DNA of 64,000 nt, taken from NCBI GenBank assembly GCA_000320545.1, contig ADNK01001276.1, positions 1-64,000 of the forward strand. Direction: 5' to 3'. Below, in pieces: positions 1 to 14,056 of the stretch. This DNA comes from Bigelowiella natans CCMP2755 (taxonomy: Eukaryota > Protista > Cercozoa). A program made the position numbers and the translations under genes. Position 1 is the first letter of the stretch. The number at the start of each line of letters is the position of its first letter. Below the pieces are notes generated by a model, which made no database searches, was not told the origin of the DNA, and saw only the letters and a list, made by a program, of their open reading frames with translations.

Positions 1-204
1 GTGAGTCGTTGATGAAGAACGTGGGAACCAGTCAGCAGGTACCCATGAAGCACCTCATCTCATCCGTAAAGAGGAGGGGGGGAAGGACTTCGCATAATGG
101 TCTCTCTCTCACCCCACACTTGGCGATATATTCACGCCAAATCCACCGCCATGCTCATTTGCTTCGTTGTCGCTCCTGTCTTACTGTCGCGCCTCGTTGC
201 TCAG

Positions 205-396
205 GATATTGCGTCCAAACTGGCTCGCTCAGAAGCATTAGCTGCTGCCCCTGCAGCTGGAGGTGCGGTGGAGGACAGTGGAGCAGGGGGAGGAGGAGGA
301 GGGGGAGGGGTGGCTGGCTCTGGTCGCGCAGATAGCAAGAATATTATGATGGAGGAGGATGCCGAAGAAGACGAGCCGCCTGAAGCGTAATGATAT

Positions 397-458
<62 letters not shown>

Positions 459-883
459 CCCCTCCCCTGTCCGCCCCCAATCTTCTTTTTCTTCCGTATT
501 TCCCCCGGCCTGCCCCTTCTATTTTTGTGATGCGTGAGAATACTCTGCATACCGGGAGAGGGGGGGGACGCCAAGGAAGCCAAACAAAGCAGAGCCCCCC
601 CACCCTCACATATCCATCCATTGTTACACCAAAATTTAAATCATAAACGCTCAGGTATCTGTGCCCCATCACCTGCGAGCTGATGGAGGACCCCGTCGTG
701 GCGGAGGACGGGAAGACGTACGAACGAGCGGCAATCGCTGGATGGCTCAAGAAATCAGACATCTCTCCGATTACAGGGCAGCGGGTGAAGAACCGAGACC
801 TCCTCATACCCAACCAGAACTTAAAGAAGCTGATCCTGCAGTGGAGCGAGCGCCAGGAACGCTTACGGAAGGCCCGCTCTTGA
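205..883 (+). CDS. U-box domain protein (E3 ligase-type), last two exons; gene starts upstream of the window
   Basis: Window opens with a GTGAGT donor. Exon 205-386, intron 387-654 (GT..CAG) and exon 655-883 splice to ...EPPEAYLCPITCELMEDPVVAEDGKTYERAAIAGWLKKSDISPITG...LIPNQNLKKLILQW, a canonical U-box. Confidence 0.93.
397..455. repeat. Compound (CA)n(TA)n intronic microsatellite, representative of dozens of (TA)n, (CA)n, (GA)n, (TAG)n, (GAT)n, (GGA)n and (CAG)n tracts in the window
   Basis: Directly visible. Similar tracts at e.g. 3459, 3858, 4740, 7382, 10666, 19840, 24895, 34460, 45110, 57177, 57722. Confidence 0.97.
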
Positions 884-1843
884 TTGCTTCATTGCCAAAC
901 ACCCAAAGCCGCCACCGGGCTATTACTCTAATTTAATTTTTCCCGTTAGCAAACCGACATCTCTATCGTTCCTCCCACCATTAAGATTGTTACTAAAACT
1001 GAAACTACTACTACTGCTACTATTACTATTACTTACATCATCATCATCATCCTCATCATCATTTTCATCAATATGTATGTCTCCGTAGACAGCAACAGCA
1101 TCAACTGCCACTATCGCAACACTGTGGCCTCTCACTGCTGGCTAGCTATGCATTCGCTCAAATTCTAATACCGAAAATTATAACTGTGTTTTGATCTGAG
1201 AAAAACTTTATTATCATCATCATCATCGAGTGTTCGATGACATCAATGTGCATATGGTAGTCAATTGCCATGTTCTGAACTATGCTAGTATGCATCAACC
1301 GTACATGCTAGCATGTCTCAAGAAGCGCATATCAACGATTGCCGCCGCTATGTTGCACTACAACTACTACTACACGCATACATCACGCAGATCTAGCTGG
1401 CTAGCTAGCTAGACGTGCCGCTAAACTGTCCGCCATCAATTATACACGCATTGTTGGGCATGTCGCAGCTAGCAGATGTAAATTTTACGCCTACGCTAGT
1501 ACGGCTGTGCTAGCTGTACGCAGTCTAAATGTGCTTATTAGCTAATTAGCTACGTGCTTGCTAGAGAGAATTAAAAAGGCTTATAAGTCATTCATTCATT
1601 GCACCCGCGCTTACATTTGCTCTTAGCTACATGCACATGCTAGCATGCTAGCATGTGGCAGCTGCGTAGCGCTCTTGAAGCAAGCGTTAGCTAGTTGAAG
1701 TATATATATGCATTATGGCACTAGAGATGAGGAATGTAGGTTCATTAGGTCTCGAAACCAATTCTCTACGTATCATCGATATCATCTAGATCATATAAAA
1801 CACTCAAGGCAAATATTGAGATACTTATTCTCTTCGCATAGCT

Positions 1844-3455
1844 TTAATCAAAGAGTTGCGGGTCTACCATCAGCTTGGGCTTTTTTGGGATCAGTTTATG
1901 AATGGCGACATCGTTCGCGTTTGTCGGGAGCTGTTTCAAAAGCAAAGAATACAAATAAATTTCTCGCAACGAACAAAGGCAGACGGACATCTTCCCAGAC
2001 ACACAACTGACATGGTCAAAACTGTGGTGTCGTTAGTGTGGTGGTACTACGTGTTCGGGTGAATAGGCAAACGCCTTCGGGAACATATTGCCGCATATCT
2101 CCCCTGAGATCTAGGAAAGTCACAGACAATAATAATAATAATGATAATAATAACAAACCCGCAATTGCTCAAAGCGACACACCAGAGCAGTGACATTGGC
2201 ACGCACATTTAGACAGATCAACGACATACGAAACATCTCGGCGCACTGTTACTCTCTCCTACACCGTGTTCTCGTACACGACAAGACACCCACACGCGCA
2301 CACTGCTGACACTTGTCAGTACCTGATCGATCTTGAGGGATCGAAACAAGATAGATGCATGCTCGAGGAATGTCGCGTGGGCGGTTCTCTCGTCGTCCAC
2401 CCCTCCTTTCTTGCTGGATGCTGCTCCTTTGGAGCTCGCGGATGGTAAGATATCACTGGCAATGTACACCTCCGGTAGCTGGTGCTCTCCCGCCAATCTG
2501 ATGAAAAATAATAATCACAAGCGCAGCATCCACAGGAACGACGGTCAAACGAAGGAGATGACCCCACAACAAAACAACCATACCAGTGTCACAGGGGGGG
2601 CAGGGTAAATTCGCCTTAATTTCAATCTTACTCTACTACTACTACCACTACTACTGCTGCTGCTGCTGCTATAGTTACCGGCAATGGTGCTGTAACGTCG
2701 ATAGCACGTGAAGCAATCCGGCTTTTAATTCAAAGCAACAACAATAACATCCGGCGGTGATGACGACGGAGGTGATAAGAATGGTGATGATGAAGCTCGT
2801 TTTGGGGCGGACAAGTTGGAATGTAGTACAACGTGATACATCTCCCCCCTCCCCCCCTCCCCCTGGTCTCTGTTCGTACGGATGATTGTCCCCGAGAAGG
2901 TAATTGAGCTCCCGATGACAATATCGTAGCTGCGTGCATAACAGACGATCGAGAATCAGGATTGGAACGTTGCATAAAAGGCGTAGGCTTACGAGCTCGC
3001 CATATCATTTGAAAGTAATCCAAGCTACAAAGACTCTCTCCTCTTTTCTCCTCTCCTCTCCCCCCCCCTCCCCGCCTGTCGGTTACTCAACTAGTCTTGC
3101 GTGGCCTCATCATAAGTTCCGCGTTCCCCCTTCAAGAAACAAAAACGACAACACAAATGATGTGAATGTAAAAGATTGGACGGTTTCTTGCCCGTATGAA
3201 ATAATAGCGATGATAGCAGCAGCAGCAGCAGCAGCGGATTTCTACGCAGCGGCGTCGAGGGTGTGGCGGTGCTACTGAATTGAGAACAGTGAACGCTGAT
3301 GCTGATGGAAGGGATTGAGCGCTCAAGATCGATTAGGACATCTTTCCGCGGAATAATGGCGCACTTTGAATTCTCTCGCCGCCGCATATGTAATATCAGG
3401 CATGGTTTGCTCATGCTTCGTCGACGACGCGGATCATTTCTTACCCGTGCATTTT

Positions 3456-3491
<36 letters not shown>

Positions 3492-3856
3492 TATGTTTGC
3501 CGAATGCATCGATCCCTTCTTTCTGTACAATATATGTGTGTGGATGTGGCCTCTATTATTACCCAATGCAGCTCGCAAACCTGCGGAGCACGATCCCCCA
3601 GCAAAGGGCTGCAGAGAAGAACAATTCCAACCATTCAGCAGCAGCAGGAGGAGGAGGAGGAGGAGGAGGTTATGCAAGGAAAAGATGATGATGTTGTTGA
3701 TTGATGATGATGACGATGATGATAAATGATTGATAATGACGATGGTGTGACGACTATAAGAAAAGGAATCGATACTCATCAAAATGATAAAGGGATAATA
3801 CAACACAAGGATGGCATAAGGCGACCTCCTCATGTAGCAACATCCACATATAAATA

Positions 3857-3892
<36 letters not shown>

Positions 3893-3970
3893 TATTATAA
3901 TACATATACGTAAGCGTCTTAACACCCCCCCTCCACCTTGTTCTCCAAAACACATCACACACTTTTGTTG

Positions 3971-4006
<36 letters not shown>

Positions 4007-4623
4007 TTTATATACCGGTTAAGATCCACATTGTACTTAAGGAGGGGGAGAAGGACTTTCACGTCGGTCATTACGACTTTCGCTCCTAGATGTGCAAGGG
4101 CCATTCCTACCACGCCAACAGCCCCACTTCCAAGCTCGAGCACACGTTTCCCTGCCTAAGAGAGTGGTGGTTTGGCCAGGACAGTATTCTCAACCGATAT
4201 TGCTTGGAGGTAGATCGGTGCAGAGAAAACATAAAGGAACATGCACACGCGGACACGCCACACCTCTTTTCGCACACGCACACGCACACGCACACACGCG
4301 CACACACTGACCCAGAATTGTTTGGGCTGCTTGTAGGCCCAATGTAGGAGGGCGAGTGCTGCAGGAGTCAGGTTGCTTCCGGTGTAAATGCCTAAAAAAC
4401 AAACCGAGCGGTGGTTCAGTGGATGATGATGGTCGCTGGCACGTCATCACGCGCTCTCGGTCTAATAGTCGGAGAACATCGAGGAAAGGCCATAAAATAG
4501 CACTGGCGCATAAACGCATAAATGCATAAATGAGAGGGATCTCGAGAGACTAATAATACATCGAACGAGAAACTTAGAAACGAATGGACAAGGAGGTGAG
4601 TAAGGAATGAGAAGAATTATATG

Positions 4624-4656
<33 letters not shown>

Positions 4657-4739
4657 TTCTGACACACACACACATACATACATACACACATACATATACA
4701 TACGCACCACATATACTTCTCACAGTAGTAGCCTACTAT

Positions 4740-4772
<33 letters not shown>

Positions 4773-7088
4773 CCATGGCTCTTTGAGGATCTGCTACGAG
4801 GTAGAGCTGATGCTTCTTATTACTATTCTTCATCTCCTCCTCGTTAACTCTATCTTGCCGGTGCCGCTGCTCCTTTCCTTCCTGCAGGCCTCCTCCTCCT
4901 CCTCCTCCTCCTCCTCCTCCTTCAATGAAAGTGTGAGAGACCACATAGCAAGCTTTCAGTGCGGAGATGGGATATGGGGTGTCATGGAAGAACTTGGAAT
5001 ATGATGAAAATGATGATGAGGATGATGATGATGATGATGATGATTGTGATGATGATACAGTCGATGCAAAAGGAAAAGGTGGCACTTTGAAACTGGCTTG
5101 CTTCCCCGTGTATATTTGAAAGAAATGCTCTTTTTCTATCCATGTACGTGATCATTGTCACCATCACCAACATCAATCATAATCATCATCATCAATCATC
5201 ACAGCCACCAAGGTTATCCAAGTCGATTTGGCCATTCCGGAAGTGCTTCTGCGTGATTGAAGTTGGTGATAATGATGATGGTGGTGATGATGATGATGAC
5301 GGTGGTGATAGTAATCAGAGGAGGAGGCTAGTAGATCACATCGATAAGATAGAATAGTAGTGGTGGTAGGGAGGGGGCATAGATCAGATGATCAGGGCGA
5401 TAACAGAAGAGACAACAAAGAAGCAGCAGCTACGTGTGACTATATGGACGACGAATAAAGCACCTTGGCCTTCTCGAAATTCTCGTACATCTCCGCCGAA
5501 TTCAAGAATTTAAGCTGAGAAGAAACAGGCCAGCGATAAAAAGAGGAGGAGGAGTAGGAGGAGGAGGAGGAGGAGGAGAAAGATATTCCCAATAGCAGGT
5601 AGCATTTAACGTGTCAAACCCGTATGCTGCAGCAGCGCAAATCGGTAATTTCGTTGGGAATTTATCAAGTAAGAATCATGTTGATTGGCACTGGCAGTTA
5701 TTCAATTATTCATTGATTTTCATTAGTATGGTGGCTCTAATGCTCTATCTACTAGTAGGTGAAAGAAATCCTCTCGCTGCTTGCTTGTATTGGTCGTTCC
5801 TTACGTAATGTCTGTTCTCCTTGAGGCGTTGAAAGAAGGTCTGCGCTTTGACATCATCCTATGAAGCAGCAGTAAAGGTCAGATATTTTGCATCTGCATA
5901 TGAGTAAAAGGAGAGTAGCTGCTGCTACTACTGCCTCGCCACCCACCCCCATAGACTCTGTGATCTCCTCAGGCGAGTACCCCATCCTTGTCATCAGTGT
6001 CGTTAGCAACCCTGGCGAGTGTAGGAGTCCACGGATAGCTGCCAATATCGACGACGATGATGATGAATCATTATCCCCGAAAACAGTAGGCCCGGGAACA
6101 TTATCAAAAAAAATAATGATATATTATCCTATATGACGAATAGATATCGAGGGAGGCATTGGGGGGGGTTGGGGGAGGGGGGATATTACGTATCTTCTAT
6201 TGGGAAAAGAAACACGCTACACACTTACCGCTCTTGAATTCTTGCTCCTCTTTATCCGTGTAGATGCGTGGGGGAGGCTTTTCTTCTACTAGAAATGTGT
6301 CATTTCCAAGCTGAGAATGGACGCCGTGTGCTGCGGCCTCGTTCCAGCCAGCTCCAGCGAAACCCTTCTCCTCTAATACGTATGGAAAATGATGACGGTG
6401 GTGATGATAGGGCGACGACGATTTTGGATTACTCTTCCGAAAGAGAAACGTGCATCTCCACTCACTGCGGAATAAAAGTCAATCGATATTGTCTGGCGAA
6501 ATCTGTTACATTATTTTCCATAAATCTACAAATCTGAGCTCACATCTCGCTACTGCTACTGGCTACTACGCCTACTTCCCCCGCTGCTAACGCTACGACT
6601 TTGGTACTGCTTGACGCCGGTGTGAATGGCCTCCACGAAGTTGGAGGGGGGCAGCGTGAACGTCAGTTTGTAGGACCTTTTACCCGACCGATTCCTCTCC
6701 TAAAATCGTAGTAGTAGTAGTAGTAGTAGTAGTATTTATTTCGCAAGTTGACGACGAGAGGCAGGCAGCCATTCTCCACACAGGTCACATTCATTCGGAG
6801 GGACACTCATGGCACCAAGAAGGCCATTGCAGTTTATACCTGCATAGCTCTTTCAAGATCCTCTGCAGAATCTACAAACTGAGAGTAATGTCAGTACGTG
6901 ATGAGTTAGTACAGCACACAGATACAGAATCACACACACAAGAAATATATATTTATATATTTATAGACTGTACTATATTGTACATATCTCTACATCGGTC
7001 AAGTGGAGTCCTATCAACGTTTATCGAATGTTGGTCCCTCTCTTTCTTTCCCCACTCCTCCCTGCAAACTGCCATTATTCGCTGCTGC

Positions 7089-7119
<31 letters not shown>

Positions 7120-8106
7120 ATGAACTTGCCACCAACCTTGTTGCCGACTTCAATGAGTTTCCACCCAGGCTGGATGCCTAACCTTGCAGCCTGACTCGCT
7201 ATTAGCGGCAGCACAAGCACAATATGTATGTAAACCGTGAAGATAATGAGATTACGCCTGTGATGATATTTCGTCTGTCATCAAGAACGGTACGAAGGAA
7301 GGAGGAGCATCAGTAGAATAGCGAAGACATTCATTTTCCCTCTGATCATCGTTTGCCTTCACGGGGTTTTGAGTTGTTGTGCTCCTCCTCCTCCTCCTCC
7401 TCCTCCTCCTCCTCCTCCTCCTCCTCCCCCTCCCCCTCCTCTTGTTGGCACTCGCGTGCGCTTACTGATTTTCTTTCTCTTACACACCACCACCACGCAA
7501 ATAGCTGCTACCTGGTCGCACAGAAATAGTGATAGTTCCCTTGAACCCGATACCCAATGGTCCTTGAGACACGACGACCTCCCTAGTCTTTGGAACCTGA
7601 CAAGGTGCTAATCGTAAAGAGAGGGAGAGAAGAAGAACATTTCCCTGATGATTCCATCATCTTCGTGCGTTGTCGTCTCAAAAAGGCGATGAAGAAAGCT
7701 CTTACGTCTCACAGATGGTGGGAGGAATCAAACCTGTCTCATGGCTTCCTCCTCAGAATCAGAGCTGACATCAATGTCGTCGAAACGTCCATAGTCTCTT
7801 GGATCGGTTCCAACTGCTCCCCCCCCTAAGAAGGAGCAGGCTCGCCGGTTCTCTATCCTAACCCTTCGCAACCAACCGCTTCTTCCCACTGATCCCCCTT
7901 CTATGCCTTGAACGAGGGGGTGGCTTTCATTGCCAATAGTGATCAGGAGTACAAGCATGGAAAAGACTGCTATAACGGCGCCATGTTTTGTTGTTCGGCA
8001 TATCCAACGTCGCCATCCTGAGGGAACAGATCAGGAACCGCTCGTTAAAGAGAAATCGAATGGAAAGGGAGAGCTCGAGAAAGCGATGCATGCAGTAACC
8101 TTTCAT
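1844..8106 (-). CDS. Multi-exon protein: signal peptide/leader, PDZ domain, C-terminal class I SAM-dependent lysine methyltransferase (METTL21/Methyltransf_16 family)
   Basis: Spliced fragments: MKG|[28 protein letters not shown] (leader); [15 protein letters not shown]; [41 protein letters not shown] (PDZ, about 7130-7600); [60 protein letters not shown] (about 4015-4375); VCELHW; [23 protein letters not shown]; stop at 1844-1846. Some internal exons are unresolved. Confidence 0.8.
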
Positions 8107-8878
8107 CGGAAACTGAAGTAACCGTAGTTCAAAGGGGCGTTTACATTCGAATTCCGCCAAAGCCAGTCAAACGGTACTTGTTGTAGGGGAGGGCTGCCGT
8201 ATTCCAGTTCCGTTCGTTTCCAGGAGCACGGATCAAAACGCGGACATTCGGGTGAGGCAAGCAAATTCTTATTGTCGCAAGACAAAAACGCATGGTCTAT
8301 CTATCCATAGCAGACAGATTCATCATTCACGGAAGTTTATTCGCTTGTCGTCGTCGTCTGTCAGAGGAGATTACAGCCAGGAGCCGCAGAACGTAGCTTT
8401 TCCGAGGCTACGAGTAGTTTTATTCCCGTAAATATCCTAAGTCGCACCGTCGAAACGCAGTACATTTGTATGCTAACAAGCCTCCATTCGAAGAAGAGAG
8501 TTAGCCAGGCGGTCGCACGTGAGGAGCATGGCCGCCAGTGATGCTCCGATTGCCCTCAAAGAAAGAGCTTCTCCTGAAATCTGGAAAGAGGAGAAAGGTA
8601 GCAGTGTAGATAATTTTCCTTCGTCTTTCTTGAGCTTGGAGGCAAATTGTAGAAAAGGGCGATGGGGGAGGTGAGGGAGGAAATGGGTTATTCTTCGTTC
8701 CTTCGAATCGGTTTCGGCTTCTGAAGTCTGAGGAAGCTGATAAGACCGAACTTTATTTTGCTTGAACATTATGTATTTGGATTCTAGAAAAAGGCAAGGG
8801 GGAAGGGGAAGGAGAGAAAGAGGGAGAGAGGAGAGAGAAGAAAGAAGGGAGGAAAAAAAAAGAGAAGGGTGGGAGAGG

Positions 8879-9955
8879 ATGTTCAGAATCGAATTACCAA
8901 CCATAGGTTTAGGAGAAGAATCTCATGCCTCAGCCTTCGGAAAGGTTATTGACGTCCTATATATCGAAATGTGTTGTCACTAACGACCGACCGATACTCT
9001 TGATTGGTGGTCTAAATTTGGATGATGATGTATTACTTAGCAATCTACGTTTGCTGGAACCGAAGAAGACTCACCACGGCCTTGCTACCTTCGCTTCATC
9101 GATGAAATCTGGGGGAAACGCTTCTTCCTTTACTTTCTCGTTATTTCTATTGCTGTCGCTGCAGCATACCCTGACGCGGGTTATCAAGCTACCTAGAAAA
9201 TAACACATTTTTCCTTCTTCGTATATCTAACAACCTGTGAATCCGTCATTTAGGAAGGAGAGGAGGCCCATTGAAGCCGAAAATCACCGTGAGCTGGGTA
9301 ACACTCTCTTCAATATGTATTCAAGAGAAAGTTGTTTCACAAATTAATGTTGTTGATGTTTGCCAGGTTGCTGTAATATTAATATTCTTCATCACTGGCT
9401 TGAAGCTCAAAACGCAGGTTTGGCTTTTAATACCTTGCTCTCAAATGATTTCCGCGCATATGAATCACCGATATCACTTCCGATATTTATCTTTAGGAGC
9501 TCACAAAAGCTGCAGCTTATTGGAACTTGAACATCTACGTTCTTTGCTTCACATACATCTTCATTCCAGGGGTGCTTGCAACATTTCTTTTCCCTTTTGC
9601 AACTTCTAGTCCGCTAGATGATAATCGCCCATCACGTATACTTGATCAATCCACATTGTTTCACATTGTCGGCGTTACAATCATTTTGCTCCATTCAGAC
9701 CGTCTATATCTTGACGCTTTTGCTGCGGCTGACTGCATACAATAAAGACATCATTGATGGCATTGTCGTGATGAGGTTTGTCACTTCCTTGAACAAAGAC
9801 GTCGTCATGGTCTTCAGCTTAGTGTGCCGCCTTGCTGCTGCGACTTATTGCTGTTACTTTGTTATGTTGTTCTCTTGCAGTTGCCTGCCGACCACGATCT
9901 CAATGTGCGTCATCCTGACGAAGACAGCGGAGGGAAACGAAGGAGCTGCAGGTCC

Positions 9956-9986
<31 letters not shown>

Positions 9987-10663
9987 TGTAGTTGATGTAT
10001 CAGCTCCAAGAGATTTCTTCTTCGGTGTTTCATCCTTGTGAAAGGACGATGACGCCAACTATATGAATGACGTGTTCCTCCGTTTTGGTTGTGTGAAACC
10101 TCTTTGGACTGATATTCCGTCCTCCTCCTCCTCCTCCTTCTCCTCCCCCTCCATTACTTTTGCAGTGTTCAACGCGACGGTGTCGAACTTCATCGGCATA
10201 TTTCTGACTCCCGCCTTGCTGCTCTTACTACTCGGAGAATGTAATATCCCTTCGTATTTCTAATAATACGTCTTTAGTAGTAGTAATAGTAGTAGTAGTA
10301 GAAGTAGTAGTAGCAGCAGCAGCAACAGGAGTCATGCAAGTAGTATCGACGACAAATAATGACAGCAGAATCACCATCAACAGAGCTCTCCTCCTCCTCC
10401 CTTCCCCTCCCTCCCCTCCCTTTTTGCTCCTTAAAGCTGGGTCTGTGTCACTGACCGACATCATTCTTAAGCTGTGTGTCAGGGTAGTATTGCTGCAACC
10501 CCCTTCAAAGAAGAATCAATCCCCCTACTTTCCCCAGTGAATTACTTGCATGCTAGCAGAGTTCGCCATCATCAAACCAGTAACATGCGCATATGTGTGG
10601 CAAACAAACTGAACACGAAAGCGCTGGTGATATATCGTCCAGCAATACGGCTGTCCACGCGTC

Positions 10664-10708
<45 letters not shown>

Positions 10709-11243
10709 CATCAGATTGTCTCTTTGCTAGCGCTGTTAGAAGCAGCTCTTGAAACTTGAGTCTTTGGTGACGATGATGCAGCGAATGAATGTCATTTTTA
10801 AGGTTATTGTGCCGGTGGCTGGTGGACAGCTGATGCGTTATACACTTCCATGTATAGTTCCCTGTGTAACAAGGTGATGATGAGTGATGATGATGACGAC
10901 GATGATCATCTTAGTCATCTTCCATGCGTACAGAGAGGCAGGAGTGGGGCCATTATAGCGCTTCAATGTTATCTTTCGTGTTAATATGATGTTCCTCTCT
11001 GCTTCTCTTATTCCTCCCCCTGTCCTCTTCTTGTTTGGAAACATAGAAATGGAAAGAATCTGAAGCGATTCTCGGAAATTCTCCTCCTTTACATTGGTGA
11101 GCGTTTGGCTAGTTGCTACTCCTGCGCCATGCATATTCCTGCTCATTATATCGTCTGTCTTCCTTCGCTCAGCTACCACATTAACGATGACGTGCCTACG
11201 TGTTGTCTTTCTTCATAGTTCATTACTATCACTCACACAATGA

Positions 11244-11285
<42 letters not shown>

Positions 11286-11801
11286 TCGTGTTATGTAACA
11301 TATCAGTCTATGCGACATTCTGCAACACCTTCTACGTTGGGGTGGACGCGCAACCGGAGGAGTAAGTGGCAGCAGATCCCTCCCTCCTCACCATCTTCTT
11401 GTTATTATTGTTGTTGCTGCTGCTGCTATGATTATTGCTACCTACTTCACTAATCGTCACCATCGCAAGCCCACAAAATCCCAATCAATGATGGAACTTA
11501 GGCCACTGACGTTGACTCACTCACTTGCTTAAACAGGTTTGCCATCCTCCTGGGCATTCTTATTCCGCTGTATTTAGTGGTAGTTATTATTCGCCTACAA
11601 GCAAGAATTACTATATAAATAACCTTCTCATGCACAGTAGCCAGGCAGCAAAAAGCTGTAATCATATTAGTCTTTCTCCTCATTCATTACGATCATACTC
11701 TTCTCTTCATCAGTATTGTAGTGTGTGCTTCTCCACCGCAAAGCTCGAGTGCCTACGATACGAACGGACGGTAGGGACGGATACGTGTTTGCATACGCAT
11801 T

Positions 11802-11837
<36 letters not shown>

Positions 11838-12913
11838 ATATTAGTAGTCGTAGTAGGGTAGTGCGTGCTTAAAGAAATCATCGTCATTATAAGTCGATGG
11901 ATTAACAGCTGTTGATTACTGTGTTGGTGCTGCTGCTATTATTATTATTATTATTATGTGCGCAGGACGTTGTTGCCGTACTGTTCTGCTCCACGCAAAA
12001 GACTGTCGCACTCGGAATCCCCCTCATCACGGTAGTAAAGGAAGAAGAAGTAGACGTATGTGGTTTGGGCATGCAGATACTTTTTTCCATCAAGAGTACT
12101 CCCCATGTCATGCATGTCATCACGCACACCGAAACATCGTGACAAACGATAAACGCATTACTACTACAACAACATACTGCATCATTACCTACTACTGACA
12201 GGCAATCTACGAGGAGAGCGACAACGCTGGTATCCTTTCGATCCCAGTCCTCATCTACCATCCGATGCAGGTAGTAATGGCCTCGTCATGCAACAAATGA
12301 TGACGATGATGATGATGATGATAGTTATACACGTGGAAGTCTTCTGAGCGAAGATATCGATGAACATTCACCCTGAAGCAATTTTCAAAAAAATATGTAT
12401 ACTTCTTGCCATCAAAATACTGCAGCGATTTGTTTTGTTTCTTGAATGTTTCTTGGGAACCTCGTGATTGAAATGATGCGCTCCCTCCTCCTCCTCCCCT
12501 CATCATCTCCTTTCCTCCTCATCTAGTTGATGGAATCTCATAGATAATTTGCTGCTTCTTCTTCCTTACCGTCAGCTGATTATTGGAAGTTTGCTTGTTC
12601 CTTGGCTAACGACGTGGAAACTGTACTAATTCGATACCGCACCCCTCGTCCCCACCCCTACGCCTCCGTTTCCCTCACTAAACATAGCAAACACGGGGGT
12701 GGGGTAAGATGAGGAATGCGCTATGAAAGTTATTCTGTCTTCGTTGTTACATGATTGTGTGTGCATTGAACGTGAAAGCAGCAGAATATTTTATGAATTT
12801 TTGTGTATCATCTAGGTATATCGGTGTATAATTATATGTGTGTCCGCTTTCTCCTTAGGGAAGGAGAGCTCGATGAGGAGAAAGGCGCTTCTGTAGACGA
12901 AGTAAAACGATGA
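8879..12913 (+). CDS. SLC10A7: SLC10A7-like sodium/bile acid (SBF-like) transporter, many short exons; start approximate
   Basis: Exons splice to FFLYFLVISIAVAAAYPDAG..GGPLKPKITVSW VAVILIFFITGLKLKT..., CLPTTISMCVILTKTAEGNEGAAVFNATVSNFIGIFLTP, AVLFCSTQKTVALGIPLI, SIPVLIYHPMQLIIGSLL. These are SLC10A7-type motifs. Confidence 0.9.
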
Positions 12914-13820
12914 TACTATGTCAATCGATATGGAGAAAAGTCTATACTAGCATACTTACTACTATACATCGTAGCCGCACTATAGGGTGCCGCATGAAAT
13001 ATAAGCAGCATAGCTGCAGTGGCTGCATCATAGATGATGTTCTCGATAATCAATTCATCCATCGTATTAGCTCTGTTCCTGGCCGTGCAGGCGGTGCGAA
13101 ACAGCATTCATCTGAGTCTGTTCACCGCTGATTGATTGTATGATGAGAGGAACTTGTGGCCCAAACTGTGCAAATCAAGCTACATGCATGCTAGATTGTC
13201 GTTGCAACGCTTGCTAATGGCATGATGGCACGCACGTAAAGCGAAATTGTGATCTAAAAATGTCTAGACAACATCTAGATCTTGCTAGAGATGTCCCCCT
13301 CTATCCCTGTGCGCGCATGCGATTCTCTGCTGCTAGTTGCGCCTATGCACAGGGAAACTCGCTCGAGTGTCGAGAGGCACTCACGTACGTGCCGATCGGC
13401 ATGACACAGTGCTATGCAGAGTGATGCATGCTGGCTATGGAATGCACAAGGCCTAGGCAAATCATCATACGATCAAGTTGGCGCTGTTGTCATTGTGATG
13501 CGAGCTTGGAGTGCTGTGCATGTGTGACGTCAAATGATTGGCTTGAGGAGAGGCGTCATGGTCCCCTTACTCCAGCCCACACACTAGATTTGTTCAACTT
13601 GGGACGTGATGCATCATTCGCATCGCATGCCATGCAAGCAATGTCAATGTCCCTTTTGTGAACACCCGTAAAAATTTGCGATGACTAGTGATGCTAATGC
13701 AAACCCACAGGATGCAGAAGAAGGTCACCGCAAGTTTGAAGTTCAGCAAGCCTTCTGCTGGCCATGTGTTTTCTTGCACAGTGCTCTTTCCTAATGAACT
13801 GTGCACGTAGGAACACACAC

Positions 13821-13858
<38 letters not shown>

Positions 13859-14056
13859 CCTACGAACAAATCTAAGTGATTGTTGTAGCACCTTCTTTCT
13901 TCATTTACGCATTCTAACATCTACGCTTTGAATGTCGCACCCACAGCCTTAGTGCACAATTGGTTACAACTACACAGGCTTATTCATCAATGATCCTTTC
14001 TACATCGACCCAATCTCATATAAGAGCCGCGAAGATTTAGGTTGTAGAGTCCATTC

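Noticed and set aside
238-813. ORFs containing YIYIYI, CVCVCV, poly-S, poly-L or poly-H runs, here and throughout the window
   Set aside because: Translations of intronic microsatellites.
12650-12706. CCCCACCCC / GGGGTGGGG inverted repeat in an intron
   Set aside because: Short and low-complexity, with no target-site duplication or other copies to support a MITE.
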